From Azolla caroliniana (taxonomy: Eukaryota; Plantae; Polypodiophyta), in assembly GCA_043228905.1 (NCBI GenBank), contig JBHGNT010000014.1, positions 17,174,001 to 17,238,000 of the forward strand: a DNA stretch of 64,000 nt, in the 5' to 3' direction. Of the stretch, positions 52,555 to 64,000 are shown in pieces. Made by a program: the position numbers and the translations under genes. The notes beneath the pieces are model-generated. The model was not told the DNA's origin and ran no database searches. It saw only the letters and a program-made list of their open reading frames with translations. Position 1 is the stretch's first letter, and each line of letters begins with the position of its first letter.

Positions 52555-55500
52555 ATGAATACTCAAATGGGGAGTGCTCTCCCTACCGAGAAGTTGGATC
52601 GAAACAACTTCGCATCTTGGGAGTACAAGATGCACCAATACCTTGTCGGACAAGGCTATTGGAGCTACATCAAAGGAGAGCAAGAAGACCGACCCGCCGA
52701 AGCGGCTCCCAGATACGTGACATGGGAGCAAGCCGCAAGCTGTGTGATGTATTGCTTGGCGACATGTGTTCACGATCACATGCTTGGCTACATTCGCGAA
52801 GCCAAGACGCTGAAGGAGGCATGGGAAAATCTACGAAATATTTTCACGGCGAACACAACCACAAGAAGGCTTCAACTCCGCCAAGAGTTGAACAACATTC
52901 AACAAAGGGACATGTCCATCACGACATACACCTTGAAGGTCAAGGAGCTTTGCGACTCGCTCAACTCGATAAGCGTAAGTATCGATGATGATGAGATGGT
53001 GCAAATATGCCTCGGCGGCCTTGCACCACAGTTCGGCGCGATGCGAACCGCCGTTCTACCTCCTTCTTCGAGCTCCAATCAATGCTATTGGTTGAAGAAA
53101 ACCACGTGCATACAAGGAGCAATGAGTCGGAAGGCCACATGCTCTACATGCACTCGAACGGAGGAAGAGGACATGGACGAGCGAGAGGCCGATTCGGGCA
53201 AGGACAAGGCGGACGAGGTCCGACCTACGACAACAACTCCCAATTTCGGCCGCAAAACAGAAGCCAACGAGGAACCTTCGCAAGAAGGGGGAGCTTCCAC
53301 TCCAACCCGAACTGTCAAAACGCAACCGAATGCGGATATTGCGGAAAGCTCAGCCACCACGAAGAAGAGTGTCGAAAGAAGATGCATGAATCGGCTTCCA
53401 CAAGCCGACAACTCATGAATTACGCGCACAATTCCGACCACGAAGAGTATAGCAGAATGTATGGGCACAACTCCGACTACAAAGATTGTGGCGGAATGTA
53501 TGCACACAACTCCGACCGTGGCGGAATATTCATGATGAAACATAGAGCAAACTCTATGTCGGCCTCTACCTCAACTAGTGCCCTCAATCCGGAGGACGTA
53601 TGGTTTGTTGACTCCGGAGCCTCAAACCATATGACATCTCATAAAGAATGGTTTCTCAAACTTCGAGAGCTGGAGCGACTCAGTTATGTCGAAATTGGAG
53701 ATGACACTACGCACCCGATTCGGCACATCGGCAATGTTACGTTCGGCGAAAGAGGTAAGCAAACATACATTAAAAATGTCTTGCATGTTCCAACCATCAC
53801 GAAGAATTTGGTCTCGGTCAGCCAAATGGTTGAGCAAGGGATGCAAGTACGATTTGACCAAGAAGGGTGCTTCATCGAAAAAGAGGGCCGAATCATCGTG
53901 CGCGGAAGAAGAGAGGGCCGGATGTTCATTCTTGATTCACATGCGATGAAATCCGCCATGTTCGCAAAAAGCACGAAAGCCGACTCTGACATAGAGCTAT
54001 GGCACAAGCGAATCGGCCACATCAATCTCAACAAACTCAAAGCAATGAAATCGAAAGGAGTCGTCATCGGGCTCCCAACATTCAAGGAGAAGGAGATTGA
54101 AGGTGTATGCAAAGCGTGCCAATTCGGCAAGCAACACCGACACCCATTCCCGAAAGAGTGGAACGTGAGCAAAGGTCTACTCGATGTAGTCCATTCCGAC
54201 GTATGGGGACCGACGCAGACGGCTACATTCGGAGGATGCCGATATTACGTGCTCTTCATCGACGACTTCTCTAGGCACACTTGGATCTACCCGATGCGGC
54301 AAAAGAGCGAAGTGTTCAGACACTTCCAAAAATTCAAGAATGAAGTTGAGAAAGCCACGGGCCGACATGTATGATGTCTTTGATCGGATGGCGGAAAGGA
54401 GTACTTCTCGGACGATTTCACGGCGTATCTCCGAAAGGAAGGAATTCGGCGAGAATTCACTTGCCGACACACTCCGCAACAAAATAGAGTAGCTGAGAGC
54501 AAAAATCGGCATATCCTCGAAGTAGCTTGGGCCATGATGAATGAGAAGCATATGCCCAAGTCATATTGGGCCAAAGTTGCAAATACGGCCGTCTACCTAA
54601 TGAACCGGTGCACAACATTTGGTGTGCACGAGGTCACTCCGCATGAAAAATACTTCGGAAAGAAGTCGGACTTATCGCACACCCGGATATTCGGCGCGAT
54701 CGAGTACGTGCACATCCCAGACGAGAAGCGTCAAAAGCTTGACCTGAAGTTGGAGAAATGTATCCTCGTAGGATACTCACTGGAGCAAAAGGGGTACAAG
54801 TGCTACAACCCCGCAACTCGAAAATCTCGCGTAAGTCGAGACGTTGTTTTTGACGAGTCCGCATCTTGGTATGCACCAGAGACAACTTCGACTATGACTC
54901 CGCTCGACCCGGAATCCGCTGAACAAGAGATAGAGGATGAAGATCGCCTTACGAGCATGTTCGAAGAAAGTCCGATCACGACTCGACTGAGCAGACCACA
55001 AGAGCCTTTGAGCGATCAAAGCACATCACGACCTAGCCCGAAGATGGACAAAGGCAAGGCAAAAATGTCGGAATACGAAGATGATCACTTTGACGGCGAT
55101 GAGTCGACTCACTCACTCGAGAGTGAGTTCGGCGGCTTCGATGTACCAATCGGAGCTAAGAAAGCCCTCATCTTTGCAAATGAAAAGCTCCGTCGCTCCA
55201 CCCGTGAAAAGAATCCGGTCAGCCGATTTGGCTAGAACGACTACATGGCATATCACTATGCCTTTATGATGAAGGTGGCGACAGTATGCGAGCCAGAAAC
55301 ATTTTCCGAAGCAGCCAAGGATCCGCGATGGATCGAAGCCATGAACGAGGAGATGCAGGCACTACGCAAGAACGAGACATGGGATCTCGTTCCCACCTCA
55401 CCATACAAAAAGGCGATCGGATGCAGATGGATTTACAAAGTGAAGTACAACGCTGATGGTTCTGTCAACCGCTACAAAGCTCGACTTGTAGCAAAAGGCT

Positions 55501-56851
55501 ACGCCCAAACACATAGAGTTGACTACGAGGAGACCTTTGCCCCGGTGGCAAAGATGACGATGGTACAGACCTTTGCCCCGGTGGCGAAAGGGTGGCACCT
55601 CCATCAAATGGACGCCAAGAACGCCTTTCTATAAGGCGAATTAGAAGAGGAGGTGTACATGATACAACCACTCGACTTCAACTCGAGCACCCATCTGAAA
55701 GCTGTATGCCGACTCAAAAAGCCACTCTACGGCCTCAAGCAAGCACCGCGTGCTTGACATTCGAAGATAACACAATATCTTCATCAAACCGGCTTCCGTA
55801 TGTCAAAATCGGACAACTCCCTATACATTAGAAGCGATTCCGCAAGTCTGATCATCATCATCTTATACGTGGATGACCTAGTCATTGGAGGTGAGCATCT
55901 TGTCGAAATAAATAAGGTCAAATCCCTCCTTTTCGACAAGTTCGAGATGACGAACATGAAGGAGCTCCACTACTTCCTCGGCATCGAGGTAATTCGGACT
56001 CCGGCCGGAATCATGATCTCTCAACGGCACTACATCCTCAACTTGTTATACAAGTTCGGTATGGTTGAGTGCAAATCCGCGGCAACCCCGCTCGATCGTA
56101 ATCTCAAACTAGATGAAAAATCCGCCACCAAAGCGTGTGAGCCGACTCAGTATCGGCAACTCATTAGGAGTCTCATCTACCTCACGATCACACGACCCGA
56201 TCTCAGTTATCCGGTCGGTCTCTTTAGTCAATTCATGCAAACACCGTGTGATACTCACTTGGATTGCTCTAAGAGAGTTCTACGATACGTGAACGGCACA
56301 ATGGATTGCGGCATCCTCTACAAGACCGTGATGCCAGTACGACTCGAGGGGTACAAAGACGCCGATTGGGCCGGCTACAAAGCCGATAGAAGATCAAACT
56401 CCGGATTTATTTTTTCCCTCGGCAGAGGAGCAATATCCTGGAGCAGCAAAAAGCAACCAATTGTCGCTCTTTCAAGCACAGAGGCGGAATACAGGGGCGC
56501 GGCAGTGGCCGCATATGAAGCCGTATGGCTCTAAAGGATACTCAAGGATCTGGGCGTACCCATCAAGGATCCGACTTCCCTTTACTGCGAAAACATGAGC
56601 AATATCTATCTGGCTCGGAACTCGGTGTTCCACGCGCGGACAAAGCACATCGAAGTGCACTATCACTTCATCCGAGAGTGTGTTCTAGCTAGCGATGTCA
56701 ACCTACAACACATTAGCACAAATCTTCAAACGACCGACATCTTCACTAAAGCCTTAGGAGCCGACAAGCTATGGCAATTCATGACCGATCTCGGATTGAC
56801 GATCCCTGACCTGCCAAGCTTGAGGGGGAGTACTGAAGACACTACGCAATA
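52555..56851 (+). pseudogene. copia C gag-pol with stops and frameshifts
   Basis: KLDRNNFASW; CGYCGKLSHHEEEC; WFVDSGASNH; LWHKRIGH; VHSDVWGP; YKARLVAKG; LYVDDL; ADWAG; KHIEVHYH; terminal LRG. Confidence 0.95.
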
Positions 56852-57611
56852 ATGCGTGGATTCCGCAACTGCTTAACGAAGCCGCGAAGAGCCGATCTAC
56901 CGCGCAAAGTCGTGAAGAAAGATGCAAGCCGAAGCACAGACTTCGCAACTACGCACAACGCAAGCTGGAGCACGGATTCCGCAACTCCACATAAATACGA
57001 GTCGACGCAGACTCCGGAACGTGAGTCGAAGCGGATTTCAGATACCGTTTGAAACCGACCTGACTTGAGCTTGAGGGGGCGTGTTGAGAATCAAGCTCAA
57101 CTTGGTCTTGTGTGTGAACTCACCTTGAGAGTGAATAGACACTCCAACGGTCAAGAGTTACCATTATGTCACCACTTTGTATTCTATCATTTAGTATGAG
57201 TCATAGAATCATATTCTATGACACATAACTTATGAGGTTTCACATTCCCCATGCTCCATGAGTCTTGTAGTTAATGAAGAGAGAGGGTGACGATATAAAG
57301 CACCCTCCTCCCACCTTGTATAATGTTGAGTCTTTCTCCTTTGTTAATATAATCTACCTTGCGTATAGTCTATGTCTTACTCCTTGTCTCTGTCACTCAC
57401 TCACTCACTCACTCTCTCTCTCTCATACACACACACCGTTCACACCTATTCCGCTACACAAGAATCATACCCGATTCTTTACAGTTGTGAATAACTAAAT
57501 AACTATTTCACCTTTATGTCCACTAGTAGCTACTATAGAAGATCTCCCTTAACAATATGCATCACATACCTTTGTTGAGCTTGTTTCTCAACACTCCCCC
57601 TCAAGCTCAAC

Positions 57612-60600
57612 TTATCCTTTCTTGAGGTCATCTTCAATCTTCTTTTCATCATGCTTTTCTGTTATCATACCAATGCTTATAACTCCCATCATGTCTCTAA
57701 ACTGTGTATGTTTTTCCATGCTCAATCCCTTTGTAAGAATATCAGCCACTTGCTGATTTGTACTTACATACAACAGATCCACTTCTCTAGCAATCACTTT
57801 TTCTCTAACAAAGTGATAATGCACTTCAATGTGCTTTGTTCTTGCATGGAACACTGGGTTTTTTGCGAGCTGAATGTTGCTCATATTGTCACACCAAATT
57901 GTGATTGCACCATCTATATATTCTCCCAAATCAGCAAGCAATCTTCTAATGCATACCTGTTCACAAGTGGCTATTGCAGCTCCTCTATACTCAGCTTCAG
58001 TACTTGATAATGCAACAATAGCTTGTTTCTTGCTACTCCATGAAATAACTACACTTCCCAATGTAAAAATATATCCACTTGTGGATCTTCTATCAATTTG
58101 GCTTCCAGCCCAATCAACATATGTATATCCTTCCAGCTTTATGTCCAGATCAACCCTGTAAAACAGTCCATAGTTCTGAGTAGCTTGTACATAACTCAAG
58201 ATTCTTCTAATGCAGTCCAAATGTGGCTTTGTTGGCTGTTGCATAAACTGACTGACTAATCCAACAAGATAACTCAAATAAGGTCTTGTTATAGTCAAAT
58301 ATATGAGGTTGCCCACCATAGACCTGTACATGTTTACATATTCTATTTTGGCTCCCAAATCATCCCCCAATTTGCAGTTCTTATCTAGTGGTATATCAAT
58401 AGGTTTGCATCCAAGCATACCATACTTCTTCAACATAGTTGTTGCATACTGTTTTTGCAACATATATATACCACTTTCAGATCTGATCATCTCAATGCCA
58501 AGAAAGTATCTCAGCTCTCCCAAATCCTTCATATGAAATTGCATTTCAAGATTGTTTTTTAGCTTCCTTATTTCATCCATAGAATCATCTACATAAATCA
58601 AAATCACAACAATGCAATCATTTATCCTTTTTACATATAATGATGGATCAACCTTTGACATTTTGAATGCAAATTTTTTCAGAGATTCTGAAAGTTCTTT
58701 ATGCCATGCTCTCGGTGCTTGTTTCAGTCCATAAAGAGCCTTTTTCAGCCTACATACATATTCTCGATGCTTCTTATCTTCAAAACCTAGTGGTTGACAC
58801 ATATACACTTCTTCTTCTAATTTGCCATGTAAAAAAGGGACCCATCTTTTGATTACACTCACAACAAGTAGTGTCCTCAATGTTGCCATCTTTGCAAATG
58901 TTTCATCATAATCAATTCCTTGCATCTGGGCATATCCCTTTGCCACAAGTCTTGCTTTATGTCTACTTACATTCCCATTGGAATCATGCTTTGTTTTGTA
59001 GACCCATTTGCAACCTACAACATTTTTTCCTTTTGGTAACTTTACCAAATCCCATGTTCTGTTTTTAGCCAATGCATCTACTTCTTCTTGCATTGCATTC
59101 ACTCATTTCTTATCAGATTTTGCTTCATCAAAATTATTTGGATCAGGGATTTGTACCACTTTAGACATGTATGCATAATGCATAGCCATGTATGTACCAT
59201 AACCAAATCTTTCAATAGTCTTTTTCTCTCTATCTGATCTTCTCAGTTTTTGATTTGCATCTTTCATTGCCTTTTCCATACCAGGGATTTTTAAGGCTCC
59301 TATACCAAGCTCATCATCCAATGATGTATGTGAATCTACATCTTCCATGTTTCTAGATCCATCATCAAGCATTTCATATTCTGGCATCTTCTGTTTTCCC
59401 TTTCTATCATCATATTTTTTGTGTCCTGCATTTTTTCCACTCCATGCATTTGAATCAGATTTACTTCCAGAGATTTTAGATGGCCCGTAACATTCTATTG
59501 ATGTTGAACTTTGTTGTCCAACATTGTTTCCATCTTTATGGCAATCTCTTCCTTTTTTAGATTTATCCCTATCTTCATTTTCACAGTCTTCTTCAGTTTC
59601 TACATTTTCTTTTGGGTTGTACCAGTTGCCCAACTCATCAAATATTACATCACGGCTTACCACAATCTTTTTTGTCAACATGTTATAGCATATATACCCT
59701 TTTTGCTCCTCTGAATATCCAACAAGAACACATTTTTCAGCTTTTGGATCAAGCTTACTTCTTACTTTAGTAGGTACATGGACATAGACAAGACATCCAA
59801 ACACTTTTAAGTGTCCTAAACTAGGTTTCCTTTCATAGAAACATTCTTCAGGAGTTACTTCTTGTACTCCAGATGTTATACATCTATTTAGAATAAAGTT
59901 TGCAATGTTTACAACTTCTGCCCAGTAATACAATGGCATATTGTTTTCAGTCATCATGGCTCTTGCTATGTTCACCAGAGTGCTGTTTTTTCTCTTAGCA
60001 ACTCCATTTTGCTGTGGGGTATATCTACATGTAAACTGTCTTCTTATTCCTTGATTACATAGAAAATCAGAAAATTTATGTGAGAAGTATTATCCTCCTC
60101 CATTAGATCTTTAACACTTTATTCTAGTCCTGGCTTGCTTTTCTACCATGCATTTGAACTTATGAAAGCAATCAAATACTTCACTTTTTTCTTTCATGAA
60201 GTAAACCTATGTTTTCCTTGAGCAATCATTAATAAAGGTTACATAGAACCTACAGCCACCAATTGAGACATTTTTTGTTGGTCCCCATACATCCGTATGT
60301 ACCAAATCCAACAAATTTTTGCTTACACGTCTTCCATGAGGGAAAGGTAACCTGTTTTGCTTTCCATATTGGCAGGCTTCACATATTTTGCTCATCTCAT
60401 AGTCTTTCAACTTAGGCAGTCCAGCCACTGCATTTTTCTCAACATATTTTTCAATGTTTGCATACTTATGTGACCGATTCTTTTATGCCACATTTCCACA
60501 TCTGAGATTACACTTATTCCTTTTGCAAACATGGTTGTAATCTTTTTAGGCATATCCACATCTAACACAAACATTCTTCCTTAACGTTTTCCTTTTGCAA

Positions 60601-61890
60601 TAAGCCTTCCCTGTTTCTGTATAAAGCATCCACTTTGCTTAAACTTAACTTGCATTCATTGCTCTACTATCTGTCCAACATAAATTAGATTTTTTGAAAG
60701 GTTGGGCACATGCATAACATTTGGCATATACTTAGTTTTTCCTTTTTCTTCCCACAATGGGATATCTCCAACATGCTCGATTGTATGAGTGGTGTTATCA
60801 CCTGTCTGTACAAAACTAGGGATCTCTGGTTCCCTTAAACGTTCAAACCAATTTGCATGTCCTGTCATATGATTAGATGCCCCAAAATCTACATACCACA
60901 TAAAATCTTCATTACATCTCTGTGAACATTCAACTATTGCTACTGTTTCATGTTGCATAACAAATGCACCATCTTTATCATAGTCTTCACTAGTTGAAGC
61001 ATAATTATTTTGCTATCTCTTCCCTCTTTTTTCATCATTTTGCTTTTTATAGCATTTAGCCTGTATATGGCTTGGTTTTCCACAATAACAACAACCATCA
61101 TCATTCAAATAAGTTTGCTTACCTCTTCTTCGATTGCTCCCATTGCCCCTGATGTTGTTTCTTCCACTTGTAGCTTGTTGTCCTCTTCCTTGATAATTAT
61201 TGTTGGTTCTAGTTGAACCAAATCTTCTATGGCCTCTTCCTCGGCCTCTTCCAACACTATTGTAGAGGGCTTGCCCCTCAGTCTCAAAGTTTCCTTTGTT
61301 TACATCATCCATCTGATTTCTTTCTTCCACTACAAGCATTGAAACTAGATCTGAAAAACTTGGGATGCTATCCCTTGTGAGAATAGATGTTTTGAAGCTT
61401 TTATATTGAGGTCCTAAACCTCTTAAGCATATTTCCACCTTATCATCATCTTCTACCTTCACATTAATAGAAGCAAGTGAGTCACATATACTCTTTATTT
61501 TCAGATCATACTCATTTACTGACATCTTACATTTTTCCAAGGTATTTAGCTCAGTCTTCAACTGAAGCTTACTGCAAACAATTTTACCAAATTGTCCCAA
61601 GCTTCTTTTGGAAGCATAGCATCTTGTATATGTCCAAGCATCAAATTTGAGATGCTAAGTGGTAGCCAATGCAATACTTTCCTTGCCCCTTGATTCCAAT
61701 CCTTAAATGCTTTAATTTGTGCATTAGTTGCATATTCCTCAGGGATCGTTGGAGCCTCTTCTAGGTCTCCTTCAATGTAGTTCCAATATCCTTTTCCCAT
61801 CAGGAAATTTGTCACTCTAAATTTCCACACTAGGAAATTGTTTTTATCCAACTTTTTTGTGAATATTTGGCTTCCATTCTCAGCAACCAT
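57612..61890 (-). pseudogene. copia D gag-pol remnant
   Basis: KLDKNNFLVW; CCYCGKPSHIQAKC; WYVDFGASNH; VHTDVWGP; HKARLVAKG; YVDD; KHIEVHYH. Confidence 0.95.
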
Positions 61891-62999
61891 TCTCTCTTTC
61901 AATTAGGGCTTTTGCTACGATTAACTTCACAGACAACTCTCTGATTCAGATCAACAACCAGAACCAAACTTCTCATATCAGTACTGCTCTAATCTTCTTT
62001 ACGAGCAACTTTGCTCTGATACCATGTTACGAAGGCGCTCCGGCTCTTCTTTGTGCACAACGAATCATGATGTGCTCAAGATAGAAAAGGAAAGGGGAAG
62101 GAGACTTACCTCTGTACCAAAACCAAAAGCTTCTATTTCATTACAAAGAGAGAACCTCTCGTCTGTTTCTTCTTCTCTTGCAACTTACTACTCTTCTTTT
62201 TACCTAAGTTATAAGTGACTTATATATGCAACTAATTAGGCGTGAATAGCTAAATAGTTGTTTCACCTTTATGTCCACTAGTAGCTAATTTCCTAATAGC
62301 TACTATAGAAGATCTCACTTACCAATATGCATCACATACCTTTGTTGAGCTTGTTTCTCAACAATGCTTACATTAGGATTTAGCCCTAACACACCATGTA
62401 TGGAATACACACATAAGCCAAAATTATAATTATGAGAAAGTGAGCTTATGGAAGAGCTTATCTTAATAGTTCATACTAAGTGTTTGATATGCAAGGTTTG
62501 AGGTTTGAGACTCACAAATTTTCATGAAAACACCATGATTTGGTTGATGGAACACTTGAATTTCTGCTTTAGGTAGCGGGCTTGATTCTCGACTCTCGTG
62601 AAATATCATCACTTAACTTGTTGGTTTGCTAAACCAAAACATGGGGATCTCCTCTTGAAGATCTGCTAAATCTTCTAATACCTCTATCTTGCTTATCTAT
62701 TCTCTTTTCAAGTCACGCCATGTAACGGAGTCGAGAGGTATCTCGCTTGTATCTAAATAACCCTTTAAGACTTTGATATGTTCTGCCCTTTTCAATAGGC
62801 ATATAAGATTAATATCAGTAATCTACCATCGAATATTAGTCTCTATTGAGTAGGGATCAAATCAGAATTTTAGGCTTAGAAATCTGAGAAACTTACCAAA
62901 AAACAGATTCTAGGTTACCTCACCAAGAAACTTACCGAGCTTGAATGACAATGGAATGCTTTGGAGCATGTCACCAACTACTGAACAAAAAGTTATACA

Positions 63000-63200
63000 C
63001 TTACTATTATGAAAAAGAAGTGCTTGATTCTCTTAAAAGAGGTTTAGGATGTCTTCATTGAGGAACTATCAAAAGGGTTACCTACCTCAACCTTACATTG
63101 ACCATTATATTGATCTCATCTTGGGTATGACACATGTTAGTATTCCTCCATATCAATTTAGTCTAATTGAAGAGAACACGATTGTATCACAACTTATCGA
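63000..63200 (+). pseudogene. Ty3/gypsy pol remnant (segment preceding RT)
   Basis: LPQPYIDHYIDLILG...PPYQFSLIE resembles LPP.R..DH.I.L.PG..P....PYR.S..E. Confidence 0.65.
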
Positions 63201-64000
63201 TGTCGTGATGTGGGGTGTGCATAGGAGGAATTTAGTTAAACTAGGATTATTAACAAAGTTGATTGGTAGGTTGAAGAGGTGAAGGGAAGGGCATTTGTGA
63301 CTTTATTATTATTTAGGAAAGAAAAATCATGGTATCACAAAATGTCAATATCAAGATTCAAACTTATAAGTTACCTTTAAATAAGAGCTTTACACTCTAA
63401 CCATCACACCCATTTATTTTAGTATATTTTCATTATATATTATTTAAAGTTATTTAGTTCTAGATACAATGAATGACCACCAAATGGCATGCATGCATGT
63501 ATGCCTAGTGGTGCACAACATGTATGCAAAGTGGTGATCATGAGTGATCCTATGTATGCTATGTAAGTGGACGACTTGCTTAGTGTTAAACCATTCCGGT
63601 TCAATGCCGGTCTTCAACACCCTTGTCATCTTAGTCTTTGGGTAACAAAAATTGTTGTCTTCTTGTTTTGTTATAATCTTCTTTTCTTCGAAATCTACAT
63701 CACCTTCGAAGCTTCGGTCATGACAATTTGAACTAGAATATACTCATTTTCCCCCCCCAAGTATTTAGTAGAATCTCCTCATCACAATGGAGACCGTCAA
63801 TAAACAAGAGTATATGCATATTCTATCAAAACTTGACCTCCTAACAACAAAATTTGTTGTATTTGAACAAGAGAATCAAAAACTTCTTAGAGACTTACAA
63901 CAAGTGAGTGTTGAAAAGGCATAACAACATGACAAACTCTCTAAACGTGTCCAACAACTTGAAGCAGTTGTGTTATCTCTTTGACAACAAGGTTCAACCT

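Noticed and set aside
63788-64000. coiled-coil gag-like N-terminus
   Set aside because: Two in-frame stops, truncated by the window edge, and no LTR or PBS that I could confirm.

Overview
AT-rich, repeat-dense land-plant nuclear DNA, shown by GT-AG introns, TTTAGGG repeats and plant-type Ty1/copia elements primed by tRNA-iMet. A fern or other non-seed plant is my guess and is not established. Two host genes can be rebuilt by hand, both on the minus strand. One is a 7-exon, about 688-aa subfamily-X bHLH transcription factor (32248-37844). The other is an about 92-aa small protein of a conserved plant type (exons 26829-26954, 26209-26338 and probably 17565-17587); its 8.6-kb last intron would hold a full copia element. 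The rest is mostly transposons. There are four structurally complete but mutated copia elements with TSDs (one nested in another's LTR, one carrying a solo LTR), a 1.2-kb non-coding TRIM-like element, a Mutator-like element, Mutator- and hAT-type MITEs, LINE and gypsy remnants, and many minisatellites. The best leads are: (1) the TRIM-like element, which has a tRNA-Ala PBS, a 4-bp TSD and about 10 tandem stem-loops; (2) an inverted-repeat stem enclosing the PPT/3'-LTR junction in all four copia elements; (3) a telobox array inside a coding exon of the bHLH gene; (4) a duplicated in-frame splice donor in the HLH loop; (5) the BC-box/Cul2-box-like micro-protein. All identities were estimated by eye.
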